This document shows, in pieces, positions 9,388 to 18,771 of a DNA stretch of 26,779 bases. The DNA is from Verrucomicrobiales bacterium. Its GTDB lineage: Bacteria; Verrucomicrobiota; Verrucomicrobiia; Limisphaerales; SXQI01. Made by a program: the position numbers and the translations under genes. The first letter of the stretch is position 1; each line of letters begins with the position of its first letter. The notes below the pieces were generated by a model, which was given only the letters and a program-made list of their open reading frames with translations, ran no database searches and was not told the DNA's origin. The DNA lies in NCBI GenBank assembly GCA_028293365.1, contig JAQGOX010000518.1, forward strand, positions 1-26,779, written 5' to 3'.

Positions 9388-9702
9388 TTAACTCCTGAAG
9401 AAGAGCAGCCAGCAAGACAGCGTCACCAGCCCCCATAAGCACAGGTAAACCAGGGGACGCGGCACTAAATGGGACTCGACATTCGTCTTGATGAAGACTT
9501 GTCGAAACACCAGTGCGCTCAAGAGGCCCAATCCCATGCAGAGCATCCAGCCAGGAAAGAACGAGCCCAATAGGTTGATTGAGGGCGCACCACGGCAACC
9601 GCTGAGAAACAAAGAGGTAAGGACAGTGAATGCGGCGTGGCAGTGGTCAAGCCGACCCGCGCTTCCGGCTGTCGGGACCGCCTGAAGTGACTCCAAACGC
9701 AT
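9388..9702 (-). CDS. YtcA-family small lipoprotein
   Basis: LFLSGC lipobox followed by RGAPSINLLGSFFPGWMLC...LVYLCLWGLVTLSCWLLFF, directly upstream of the mdtN-like gene as in ytcA-mdtNOP. ATG 9702 is preferred; the frame is open back to GTG 9867, so the start is uncertain. Confidence 0.75.
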   Translation of the reverse strand: MRLESLQAVPTAGSAGRLDHCHAAFTVLTSLFLSGCRGAPSINLLGSFFPGWMLCMGLGLLSALVFRQVFIKTNVESHLVPRPLVYLCLWGLVTLSCWLLFFRS

Positions 9703-9705
9703 CGA

Positions 9706-9843
9706 CCTCTTCTCCCCAGCCCTCTCCAGACGAAGAGAAAGAGGACGCTTCTGTCCGGGTCGTGGTCTGAGGCTCCGTTCAACGCTCCGGAGCCAATGAG
9801 TCGCCTCTCCTCCTTTAGAAGAGAGGCGTTGGGGGAGAAGAGG
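9706..9843. repeat. Composite REP-like element: two inverted CCTCT(T)CTCCCC...GAGAGG units around a small hairpin
   Basis: 9706-9717 CCTCTTCTCCCC is the exact reverse complement of 9832-9843. Internal hairpins are CGCCTCTC/GAGAGGCG (9802-9828) and GGCTCCG/CGGAGCC (9771-9794). Confidence 0.75.
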
Positions 9844-9863
9844 CCTTAAATTCACGACAATTT

Positions 9864-11378
9864 TCACTTTTTCCGATTTCGATTGAGAAGCTGTGGGCCG
9901 AGATCACCTGAAGCAAAAGCCAGGGCCGCGGTGGATTGGAGCACGGTGGCGCGTGTGTCGAGTTGCGTGAAGCGGGCCCGACTAAGTTCGCGTCGCGAAG
10001 CCAGGACGTCGACCAGGCTGCTAAGGCCATTCCGATACGCCTCGAATGTTTGCTGATAGGATTTCTCCGAGGCCTCCACCAGCGCGGCTGCGACTTCCAA
10101 ACGCCGAATCGCTAACTTGGTATCACTGTAATACCGCCAGACTTGGGAAATCGCCTTGTCCCGCGAATCATCTAAATCGTGTTTCGCCGCTTCACGCGCC
10201 GATTTGGCGATTTCGAGTTTCCGCTTCCGGGCACCGCCATCGAACACGGACCAGCTTAAAGCAAGGCCCACCCCCCAGATCGGTTGTTGGGTTGATGCCC
10301 AGGGTAGCTTTTGTCCATCCGCCTCGATCTGCGCGCGTTCGAAAGCTCCGCCAGCTCTGCCTTGAAGGGAAAGAGTGGGATAATACGCCGCCCGTGCGCG
10401 GCGGATATCGGCCTCCTTTTCGCGCAGGGCCGACACCTTCGACAAAAGGTCCGGTCTCTGTTCCAAACTTCGATCAATGACCTTTTCGACGGACTCCTCC
10501 AAATTGGTGGGCATGGGCAATCGAGAGAAATCCTCTACTCGGAAGGGTGTTGTCGGTGTGATCCCGATGGCTTCGGCAAGGGATACCTGCGCGTCGCGTT
10601 CCTCAACCTGAACCGATTCCAAATCAAAGGCGGCCTGTGCCGCCTGCTGGCGCGCCTGTGATACATCCGGAGCGGTCGCCAAGCCCAGCTTGAAGCGCTC
10701 CTCCGCCGCTTCCTGAACTTTGACGGCCGAATCCAGCGACGATTGCGCAACGTCGATCCGGCCACGAGCCTTGGATAATTCGTAAAACGCGCTCTGCACC
10801 TTGAAGACGATTTCCTCGTGGCGGGCGTTGAAACCGAGATTGGCGGCGAGCAATTGATATTTCGCCGCGCCGACCTCCGCTTTCCGGCGTCCGAAATCGA
10901 GCAGCACCCACTCGAGAGTGGCAGCTGGTGACGCTTCCTGTGCCTCGACATCCAGGAATCCGCCTTTGGTCGCTGACAGTGGAACAGGCACCGGTTCGCG
11001 CGCATACTTGGCCGCAGCCTGCAGAGCGAGAACGGGATAATACTGACTTTGAGCCAGCCCGACCGCCGAAGCAGCCCGCCTGGCTTGCTCCCACGCCACT
11101 TTGGTTTCGGGATTGATCCGCTCAGCAAGGTCGATGAGTTCGGCAAGTTCATAGTCCTTCCGGGCATCGGCTTCCGTCTTTTCTGGGGCCGCCAGTTCGC
11201 TAGCGAAATTTTTCAGATCCGGAACCTGCCATGGCCTTTCAGATAAGGACGGCGCTTTCAATTCAGTGAGCCCATCAGAGGAATGATCAAACGAGGCTCC
11301 AGGCCCTGTGGCACATCCGGCCATTTCCACGGCCAACAAGGCCGCAACCGAAATGGGATAAATCCTGCTCGTTCTCAT
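9864..11378 (-). CDS. TolC/OprM-family outer-membrane efflux lipoprotein (MdtP-like position in the module)
   Basis: Signal peptide with EMAGC, LAELIDLAERINPE, SQYYP, WVLLDFG, RPDL, AYYPTLSL and WSVFDGG repeats. Confidence 0.92.
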   Translation of the reverse strand: MRTSRIYPISVAALLAVEMAGCATGPGASFDHSSDGLTELKAPSLSERPWQVPDLKNFASELAAPEKTEADARKDYELAELIDLAERINPETKVAWEQARRAASAVGLAQSQYYPVLALQAAAKYAREPVPVPLSATKGGFLDVEAQEASPAATLEWVLLDFGRRKAEVGAAKYQLLAANLGFNARHEEIVFKVQSAFYELSKARGRIDVAQSSLDSAVKVQEAAEERFKLGLATAPDVSQARQQAAQAAFDLESVQVEERDAQVSLAEAIGITPTTPFRVEDFSRLPMPTNLEESVEKVIDRSLEQRPDLLSKVSALREKEADIRRARAAYYPTLSLQGRAGGAFERAQIEADGQKLPWASTQQPIWGVGLALSWSVFDGGARKRKLEIAKSAREAAKHDLDDSRDKAISQVWRYYSDTKLAIRRLEVAAALVEASEKSYQQTFEAYRNGLSSLVDVLASRRELSRARFTQLDTRATVLQSTAALAFASGDLGPQLLNRNRKK

Positions 11379-11524
11379 TCACATCAATACGCGTTAGCTG
11401 TAATGACCCTTTCAAAAATACCAACTTACCCCTCAAGCATAAGCACTGACGCGGATGATAACCATTGCACGCCGGGCAGGTTTTCAATTGCTCAATTAGA
11501 GATAATAATTTCTGGCCTGAAGGT

Positions 11525-11555
11525 GGATTGCGGACTCCCTCTTTGGAGGCAATCC
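11525..11555. promoter_or_regulatory. Hairpin in the intergenic leader of the efflux operon
   Basis: GGATTGC-gga-CTCC-ctcttt-GGAG-GCAATCC gives a 7-bp plus 4-bp stem. There is no clear U-tract, so its role is unknown. Confidence 0.35.
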
Positions 11556-11841
11556 TTGCGATTCCACTATGATGATGGGAATGCTTGCGCCTCGACCGTC
11601 AGTGGCAGGAAAGCAGAATCGTCAATCGAGTCGGAAAACTTCATGCATTCTGTTCGCCGGCCCCACAGCGATTTACTACACACTCTCACGCCGTCGCCGC
11701 AAAGTGGGAACGTCTGTTGGCCATGTAGTTGTCTTCGCAAGTTTCGCGCCTTGCTTTGACCAGTGGCTCGATACCAAAGGGCGACGTGCGTGGATAGGCA
11801 GCATGTCGACTTGGGCGAAAGATCCCAACTAACGCTTGTGT

Positions 11842-12471
11842 CTAGGCAAGATGGATCAGACCCTGGTGAACGGCCTCTCTCACTGCAGCAGTGCGGCCTG
11901 GAACGTGAAGCTTTTTAAGCAAACCCTTGACGTGGGTCTTCACCGTCCCTTCAGTAATACGAAGTTTGTCCCCGATGGCCTTATTGCTGTCGCCTTCAGC
12001 AATGAGCTTTAGAATTTCGCCCTCCCGATCTGTCAATTCCGGGCGCTTCATTTTTTCGACCAACTTTTGGCTGATGCGCGACGGGATGCAAGTTTCGCCC
12101 CGATGCACCCGGCGTATTGCATCCAGCAGTTCGGGACGTGGTGTGTCTTTGAGCAAATAACCGCGCGCGCCCTGTTTGAGCGCCTGATGAATATCTTGTT
12201 CGCTTTCGTACGTCGTCAGCACCACCACCTTGCATGCTAAACCGAGGGATTGAATCTGCGTAATAGCGTCCAAGCCATCCAACTCCGGCATCCTCAAATC
12301 CAACAAGATAATATCGGGCCGGTGCTTTTTCGCGAGCGCGACGGCTTCTGCGCCGTCTGCCGCTTGCGCCACGACTTGCATGTCTCTCTCTGTGGTCACA
12401 AGGGATACTATGCCATCGCGGACGTAGGGATGATCGTCTGCGACCAGGATTTTGATTTTTGGTAGTTTCAT
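11842..12471 (-). CDS. NarL/FixJ (LuxR-type) response regulator
   Basis: REC domain (LVADDH, LLDLRMP, VLTT, GYLLK) plus LuxR HTH (LTDREGEILKLIAEGDSNKAIGDKLRITEGTVKTHV). Confidence 0.95.
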   Translation of the reverse strand: MKLPKIKILVADDHPYVRDGIVSLVTTERDMQVVAQAADGAEAVALAKKHRPDIILLDLRMPELDGLDAITQIQSLGLACKVVVLTTYESEQDIHQALKQGARGYLLKDTPRPELLDAIRRVHRGETCIPSRISQKLVEKMKRPELTDREGEILKLIAEGDSNKAIGDKLRITEGTVKTHVKGLLKKLHVPGRTAAVREAVHQGLIHLA

Positions 12472-13751
12472 TTCGGTCCTTCCATAGATTTGTCAGCTTT
12501 CACCAATGGCACCTGAACGCGGACTGACATGCCGCCGTTCTTAGGACTCTTAATTTCCAGTTCTCCGCCGATTCGTTGCGCTCTTTCTCGCATCGTCGCG
12601 AGACCGAAACTGCGCTTGGGTTCCGTGGCAGTGGTCGCCGTTAGACCAACTCCGTTGTCTCGGATCGTAAGTGCAACCTCGCGGGCTGTGAATGCCAGGT
12701 TGATCCAGACTGACTTAGCTTGCGCGTGTTTGCTGACGTTCGTGAGCGCTTCCTGAGCAATGCGGAATAATTCGTTCTGCGACTCCAGTGAAAGTATTTG
12801 GGCTTCCCCTCGCTGCCTGAAATGGCATGAAAGCGTCCCGCCCTCAGCCAGGCGTTTCGCCGCTTGTTTCAGCGCTTCCGAAATGGTGCTTCCCGCCAAT
12901 GCCTTGGGCCGGAGCGCCTGCACCGAACGGCGTGCCTCGTCCAGTCCAGAGCGTGCCAGTTTCTGAATTTGCGACAGCGCCTTGGCGCTGCGCCGCTTGC
13001 TGACCGCCAAAGAAGTGCCAAGCGCCTCCGAATGCAAGACGATGCCAGCAAACGCCTGGGCCAGTGTATCGTGAATTTCCCGTGCCAAACGGTTCCGTTC
13101 CTCGGTCACCGCCAGTTGCTCGGCTCGACGAGTCAGTCGGTTGAGCTGCAAGGCCAAGGTCGCATGATTTACCAACGCCTGGGCCAGCTCAAGGTCATCG
13201 GCTGTAAACTGGGTTGGCGATTGAAAATGCAATTCGAGGAATCCCGCGTATTGCTCTCCAAGGACCAGCGGCACGATCATGAGCGTTTTGATTCCAAGCG
13301 CTTTGAGCGATTCGCCAAGTCGCCGATTGAGTAAAGACTCTTGGGCCGGAAGCTGCAAGATTTGAGGCGCTCGGGCAGCATCCTCTATTTGCCAGAGGAC
13401 CTGCAACTCTTCCAGCGGACGGACACTCTTGCTGCCAATTCCTGGGCTGACGGATTCGCTTGGATGTCTAGTCGAGTGTAGCACTAAAGCACCGATGGCG
13501 TCGTCAAACAGCCAAAGCTCCCAGGATTTCGCATGGAATTGATTGTTCAACTCCGCGATCACATCGCCAAGGAAGCGGTTCACGTCCAACTCTTCGACAA
13601 ACGCGTTTAAGGCCAGCCGGATCGCTTCTCTCTGGCTTTGTGCCCGTTCTTCAGCACGCTTGCGTTCGGTGATATCCATTACAGTGCCGACCAATTCGAT
13701 AAACTTTCCGTCCTTTTGGACGCCGTAACCAACCACGTTCAAGTGCTTCAC
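12468..13751 (-). CDS. Sensor histidine kinase, C-terminal part (end of PAS, GAF, HisKA_3, HATPase)
   Basis: EERNRLAREIHDTLAQ (phospho-His), FRIAQEALTNVSKHA, IRDNGVG and FGLATMRERA. Begins at GTG in the middle of a PAS fold. Confidence 0.9.
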   Translation of the reverse strand: MKHLNVVGYGVQKDGKFIELVGTVMDITERKRAEERAQSQREAIRLALNAFVEELDVNRFLGDVIAELNNQFHAKSWELWLFDDAIGALVLHSTRHPSESVSPGIGSKSVRPLEELQVLWQIEDAARAPQILQLPAQESLLNRRLGESLKALGIKTLMIVPLVLGEQYAGFLELHFQSPTQFTADDLELAQALVNHATLALQLNRLTRRAEQLAVTEERNRLAREIHDTLAQAFAGIVLHSEALGTSLAVSKRRSAKALSQIQKLARSGLDEARRSVQALRPKALAGSTISEALKQAAKRLAEGGTLSCHFRQRGEAQILSLESQNELFRIAQEALTNVSKHAQAKSVWINLAFTAREVALTIRDNGVGLTATTATEPKRSFGLATMRERAQRIGGELEIKSPKNGGMSVRVQVPLVKADKSMEGPK

Positions 13752-15067
13752 CGAACCTCCGGCATGAGTAATCTATGCTCGAAATCAACCTGTTCTCCTT
13801 CGGAGGCTTGGGCAAAAGCCTTCAGCCATAATTGAAGGTCGTCAGGATGGACTCGGTCACGCACCCGTTCGAAGGTGGGTTTGACTAACGGTTCGTAACC
13901 AAGGATGCGATAATTTTCCTTAGACCAGGTCCGTTCGCCCGTGATAACATTCCAATCAAAGCTCCCAGTATGGCTGAGTCTTTGCGCTTCCTCCAGAAAC
14001 GCTTCCCGCCGCCGGAGCTCCTGAGTCAATTCTTCCTGCTCAGTGATGTCCATCGCCGTGCCGACAAATCGAGTAACGACTCCTTTTTCTCGGACCGCCA
14101 TTCCAACGCAGCGGATCACCCGCTGCACGCCGTCGGGCCGGATAATGCGCTTCTTGAGATCGCATCCTTCACCGGCTGCAATCATACCTCGGATAGTTGC
14201 TTCCACTACGGCGCGATCCTCTGGATGTACCCTTGTGAAATAGTCAGAAATGGTTGGAATTCCAATCTTGGCGTCGAAGCCGAGGATCTCATATAGCTCA
14301 CGCGACCAGTAGTCGCAGGTGAGGTCGGGTTTGAAAGACCAACTCCCCGCGTGAGCGAGCCGCTGGCCTTCGGCGAGATAAAATTCGCTCCGGCGCAGCT
14401 CGGAGGTTCCTTCTGCCACCTTAATTTCTAATTCGTCGCGAGCCGTGCGAAGCTCTCGTTCTCTATCGCACAGCACTTTTTGGGCGTTGCGCAGCTCGTT
14501 GATAAGATGCGCGTTCCGAAATGCCGTGGCGGCGCTGTTCGCAGTCACCGAAAGCAACTGCTCATCAATCTGGTCGGGAAAATCTGAGCGATAGCACGCT
14601 GCGGCAACGAAACCACGTTCGCCGTTTATACCGATAGGAATCACGATACCGGAGCAGGCTTCGTCGGGACCGCTAATTTGGTTTAGTACTTCCTCGCGAG
14701 AGATTTGGCCCGAAACAGCGAGCCGCTGCTGCAGCCATTCCGGAAATGTCCTCCAGGCGTCGCCGCAGCTAGCCTCGACAGTTTGTCTCATTTCGGGATC
14801 GCACAAGCGCACAAAGGCGAAATCAAGGCGCAGCGATTCGATTAGCAGATCGGCCAGCTCTGTAGCGAAGGCCGGTGGTTGTCTTCCGTCATAAGTCACC
14901 TCACATCGGCTGGCGTACCACGTGTGCGCCGGAATCTGCTCGATGTTTATGAGGTCAACCACAGGAACACCAAGTCCCGATTCGGCTTTTTCTTCGACTC
15001 GTGGTTGCACGGGTTCAGCAAGTTCATTTGGGAAGGCAATGACCGCCAAGGCCAACGAGCCTCTCAT
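13748..15067 (-). CDS. Sensor histidine kinase, N-terminal part (GAF-like plus PAS repeats), cut by a frameshift
   Basis: GAF-like DFPDQIDEQLLSVTAN and two PAS repeats (LAEGQRLAHAGSWS...RVHPEDR...VGTAMDITE; LEEAQRLSHTGSFDW...RVHPDD...FEHRLLMP). The start codon is uncertain. Confidence 0.82.
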   Translation of the reverse strand: MRGSLALAVIAFPNELAEPVQPRVEEKAESGLGVPVVDLINIEQIPAHTWYASRCEVTYDGRQPPAFATELADLLIESLRLDFAFVRLCDPEMRQTVEASCGDAWRTFPEWLQQRLAVSGQISREEVLNQISGPDEACSGIVIPIGINGERGFVAAACYRSDFPDQIDEQLLSVTANSAATAFRNAHLINELRNAQKVLCDRERELRTARDELEIKVAEGTSELRRSEFYLAEGQRLAHAGSWSFKPDLTCDYWSRELYEILGFDAKIGIPTISDYFTRVHPEDRAVVEATIRGMIAAGEGCDLKKRIIRPDGVQRVIRCVGMAVREKGVVTRFVGTAMDITEQEELTQELRRREAFLEEAQRLSHTGSFDWNVITGERTWSKENYRILGYEPLVKPTFERVRDRVHPDDLQLWLKAFAQASEGEQVDFEHRLLMPEVR

Positions 15068-15224
15068 CAGCCCATCGGGTCAGCCTCACCAACGATAATG
15101 ACATCAACGCATGGAACTTATGCTAGCGCCAATTTGAGCCGAAAGCCAGTCTCTCTTTGGAGAGAGCCACTCCGTCCCCTAAAGGGCAGTCCGCAACTAG
15201 CCGCCGTCCATTGTGGGGACCGAA

Positions 15225-15903
15225 TCACCATTGCAGCACGGACGATATCCAAAGCAGCAGGTCTGTTCGGACTTCGTTTGAATTAACCTCATTCAGCATC
15301 TCATGCCGTCCGCCAGGATAGAAATGGTGCGAGAGGTTCGAGAAGCCTGCGCGACGATAGCGGCCCATGAGTATCCGAAGGCCCTCCAGTCGCTCGCCTA
15401 CGGGGTCGTCGCTGCCGGAAAAGAGGTAAATTGGCAGCGAGCGCCGCATCCAGCGAAGGCCGCAGGGATCGGCCAATTGAGGAGCGGTGGCCAGGATGGA
15501 CTGCATCGATGCGGGCTGGAGTGTTCCAAAACATAATGGGTCACGCATGAAGGCGTCTGCTACTTCGGGATTGCGGCTCAACCAATCGAATGGCGTTCGC
15601 GCCGGCATGAACGAGGCGTTTAGAAAGTTTTCTCCCGGCTGCGCAGACCTGGCAAGCCGCGCGAGCCCGTCGAGAGTGCCCGACCCCGAAAGTACCAGCC
15701 CCTCAATCAAATCGCTGTGCTTGAGAACGTATTGCTGCGCAGCAAAGGATCCCATGCTATGTCCGAGCAATATTAACGGCTGGTTGGGGGTTTCATCCTT
15801 AGCCTTGAGGCTTAGCCGGATCATGTCTTTCACCAGTAAGTCAAACCCGCCGGGCCCAAAGTCTCCCAGTTCCTTTGGCGATCGCGAGAGGAGAGGTTGT
15901 CAT
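15225..15903 (-). pseudogene. Alpha/beta hydrolase (lysophospholipase / Hydrolase_4-like) missing its N-terminal part
   Basis: Retains GHSMG, GSDDPV and GGRHEMLNE. The frame is open only back to 15899 (TGA at 15900-15902). An RBS-like AGGGGA with ATG 15903 lies in a different frame (20-aa ORF). No N-terminal HG..EH segment. Confidence 0.75.
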
Positions 15904-15919
15904 TTGCAACTAAGTCCCC

Positions 15920-17410
15920 TTAAGCAATCGCGCGTTGCTTGCCTTCCCAAAATCGCTCGCGTAATACGCGCTTGAGAATCTTGCCAGAAGCACTCTTGGG
16001 TAATTCCGTGTCGGAAAACTCCACCCGGCGAGGAACCTTGAAAGGAGACAAGCGGTCGCGGCAAAACTGCACCAACTCCGGATCACTGAGAGCGATGTGC
16101 GGCTTCAAGGCCACACAGGCCATGACCGCTTCGCCCCATTGCGGATCGGGAATTCCGAATACGGCGGCCTCCAGCACCGCCGGATGTTCGTAGAGTACGG
16201 ACTCGACTTCGCTGCAGAATACCTTTTCACCGCCGGTAACGATCATGTCTCTGATGCGATCGACAAGATAGAGATAGCCGGCCGTATCCTGGTAGCCGAA
16301 GTCTCCTGTGCGGAAGAAGCTATTCCGAAAGGCGCTGGAGGAATCCGCAGCGTCCTTCCAATAGCCCGACATGACGTTTGCGCCCCGTGCCACTACCTCG
16401 CCACGCTGTCCCACCACAAGGTTCCTTCCCTCCTCGTCCACCACCTGAAGGTCAATCCCGGGACATGGCCGGCCACACGACATAAGCCGCTCCGGTGTAT
16501 GCTCCTGGTCTCGCAATCCCGTCAGGAACCCAGTTTCGCTCAGCCCGTAAACCTGCACTAACCGTGTGCCGGGCAGAATCTCACGAGTGCGGCGAATGAC
16601 CTCCGGAGCGACGGGAGAGCCGCCATAAGCCAGGACTTCCAGGCTCCTTAAATCATACCGCTTGAGGTCCGCAAACTGCGTCAAAAGGTTGATCATTGTC
16701 GGCACCATAACCGTGTGGGTAACCTTCTCATTGGCGATGATTTCACAGAGAGCCTGGGCATTGAACCGTGGCAATGTAACCTGGCAGGCACCAAACGCCG
16801 GTGCGGCGAATATCGCCGGAAAATCGGCGATATGAAAAATGGGGGCGACATGAAGATAAACGCCGCCCTCGCGATAACTCATCCAATAATTAAAGTTATG
16901 AACGTTCGAAAACACATTGGCGTGCGTCAGCCTCACTCCTTTCGGTTGGCCGGTTGTGCCGCTCGTATAGATAAGAGTCAAAACTGCGTCCGGGTCATAA
17001 AATACTTCGGGACAGGGGCCGGATGTGATTTCGAATGGTTCTTTGTCTAATACCCGCTGCCAGGCCAGTCGCACTTTTGGTTCCGGCAAGGATGAGTGAC
17101 GTACCAAGCCATGAGGGGCAGAATCGGTTAGTACCCGATCTATTTCCTGTGCCGAGTACCTTGTATTTAACGGCACAACAATAATTCCCAGGCGGCTGCA
17201 AGCGTAAATCAATTCGAGATACTCCGATTCATTTGGAAGCAAGACGGCCAGCCTGTCTCCAGCGCGGAAACCAAGCTGATGCAGAGCCGCCGCGATACGC
17301 TCGATACGCTGGTGGAGCTTCAGAAAGGTAAGCCGCTTCCCCCTCACCGAAAGCGCGACGAGGTTCGGATAATACCTTGCCGCGCGGCCAATTGAATGAA
17401 CATAAATCAT
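15920..17410 (-). CDS. Long-chain acyl-CoA ligase (AMP-binding, ANL superfamily)
   Basis: YTSGTTGQPKG, YGLSETG, FRTGD, IVTGGEKV and PKSASGKILK. ATG 17410 (MIYVHS) is preferred over 17431. Confidence 0.92.
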   Translation of the reverse strand: MIYVHSIGRAARYYPNLVALSVRGKRLTFLKLHQRIERIAAALHQLGFRAGDRLAVLLPNESEYLELIYACSRLGIIVVPLNTRYSAQEIDRVLTDSAPHGLVRHSSLPEPKVRLAWQRVLDKEPFEITSGPCPEVFYDPDAVLTLIYTSGTTGQPKGVRLTHANVFSNVHNFNYWMSYREGGVYLHVAPIFHIADFPAIFAAPAFGACQVTLPRFNAQALCEIIANEKVTHTVMVPTMINLLTQFADLKRYDLRSLEVLAYGGSPVAPEVIRRTREILPGTRLVQVYGLSETGFLTGLRDQEHTPERLMSCGRPCPGIDLQVVDEEGRNLVVGQRGEVVARGANVMSGYWKDAADSSSAFRNSFFRTGDFGYQDTAGYLYLVDRIRDMIVTGGEKVFCSEVESVLYEHPAVLEAAVFGIPDPQWGEAVMACVALKPHIALSDPELVQFCRDRLSPFKVPRRVEFSDTELPKSASGKILKRVLRERFWEGKQRAIA

Positions 17411-17491
17411 ACACTTACTTGAATCCGGCAACAGAGGGCCAGTCTTTGCGGTAGCTCTCCAAGCCGTCTTTGCCTGAAATCCGATCCATGG

Positions 17492-17854
17492 TTAGATCCC
17501 GCGTTCATTAAGGACTATGTTGTTGTCTCCCAGCACGATCACGCGGGGCTTCCAGGATTTGGCTTTCCTGGCGTCAACCTGGGTGAAGCTCATAATGGTG
17601 AGGCGGTCACCGGGCTTGCCCAGATGCGCTGCCGCACCGTTGAGAATGATGCTCCCCGAAGCGCGGTCGCCAGGGATGGCGTAGGTTTCAAATCTTGCCG
17701 CGTTCGCCAGATTGCTGCAAAGAATCCTTTCGTAGGGCAACAGGCCGACCTTTTCCATGAAGTCGAGGTCAATGGTCAGGCTGCCTTCGTAATTGACATT
17801 CGCCGCGGTAACTTTGGCGCGGTGAATTTTGGATTTCAATAGGAAGAGTAACAT
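17492..17854 (-). CDS. panD: Aspartate 1-decarboxylase
   Basis: LKSKIHRAKVT, self-cleavage site YEG24-S25, RFETY and LNGAAAH. GGAGG RBS before ATG 17854. Confidence 0.96.
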   Translation of the reverse strand: MLLFLLKSKIHRAKVTAANVNYEGSLTIDLDFMEKVGLLPYERILCSNLANAARFETYAIPGDRASGSIILNGAAAHLGKPGDRLTIMSFTQVDARKAKSWKPRVIVLGDNNIVLNERGI

Positions 17855-17879
17855 TGTGGGGCCTCCGGTCGGAACAATC

Positions 17880-18719
17880 TCATAGCGTGGCAAGAACAGG
17901 AGCGCGGTCACGGCCCGCCACAGCCCCCTTTGGGAATACACCTTCGCGCACGTCGTTTGCATAATTCTGTGCTGCCCTGAGAACCATTTGTCCGAGCTGT
18001 GCGTACTGCTTAACGAACGGCGGCACGAAGGAGTCAAAGAGCCCGAGAGCGTCGTAACTGACCAGCACCTGACCGTTGCAGTGTGGTCCTGCCCCGATCC
18101 CAATGGTGGGAATCTTCAGTCGGGAAGTCACGACCTCCGCAACGGCATCGGGAATCGCCTCGAGCACCAGGGCGAAGGCGCCCGCGTCTTCCAGCGCAAG
18201 CGCATCCAGGATTAATTCCTGAGCTGCTTTGTCGCTCCGGGCCTGTTGCCTCATTCCTCCAAGATAATGAACGTGCTGTGGAGTCAGCCCGACGTGTCCC
18301 ATCACAGGGAGGCCAGCTTCGGTCAGCCTTCGAACGGTGTTCGCCACCGGGCGTCCACCTTCCAGTTTCACGGCGGCAGCTCCCCCTTCCTGAAAGAGTC
18401 TGGCCGCGTTCTGGATGGCTTGCTCCGGCGAAACCTGGTAGCTCAGAAAGGGCAGGTCCGCCACAACAAGCGCGCGATTGGCGCCACGGGTAACCGCGCG
18501 CGTATGATGGATCATTGCCTCCATGGTTATGGGAATGGTCGTGTCCAATCCCAGGATCACATTTCCGAGCGAATCTCCGACGAGCAGCAGATCAACGCCC
18601 GCTCGATCAAACAGCCGCGCCATGGTGGCATCGTAAGCGGTCAACATGACGATTCGCTCACCTCGCTCCTTCATGAGGAGCAGATCAGGCACTCGGATTT
18701 TTCTTGCCGGGGTGTGCAT
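17880..18719 (-). CDS. panB: 3-methyl-2-oxobutanoate hydroxymethyltransferase
   Basis: MLTAYD, LLVGDSLG, VKLEGG, GHVGLTPQ and TIGIGAG. AGGA RBS before ATG 18719. Confidence 0.96.
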   Translation of the reverse strand: MHTPARKIRVPDLLLMKERGERIVMLTAYDATMARLFDRAGVDLLLVGDSLGNVILGLDTTIPITMEAMIHHTRAVTRGANRALVVADLPFLSYQVSPEQAIQNAARLFQEGGAAAVKLEGGRPVANTVRRLTEAGLPVMGHVGLTPQHVHYLGGMRQQARSDKAAQELILDALALEDAGAFALVLEAIPDAVAEVVTSRLKIPTIGIGAGPHCNGQVLVSYDALGLFDSFVPPFVKQYAQLGQMVLRAAQNYANDVREGVFPKGAVAGRDRAPVLATL

Positions 18720-18771
18720 CAGGACTTCCTTTCTACGACGCTGGAGAGCCAGATCAGCAGATTGAGCTCGC

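Noticed and set aside
15050-15110. DVIIVG...GLM...LALA-like text resembling a decayed FAD-binding motif upstream of the kinase
   Set aside because: It needs frame changes, lacks GxGxxG and is too short to distinguish from chance.
17855-18103. Long N-terminal extension of PanD (and of PanB to 18803)
   Set aside because: They overlap neighbouring genes. Downstream ATGs have clear RBSs and put the PanD Gly24-Ser25 site at its canonical position.
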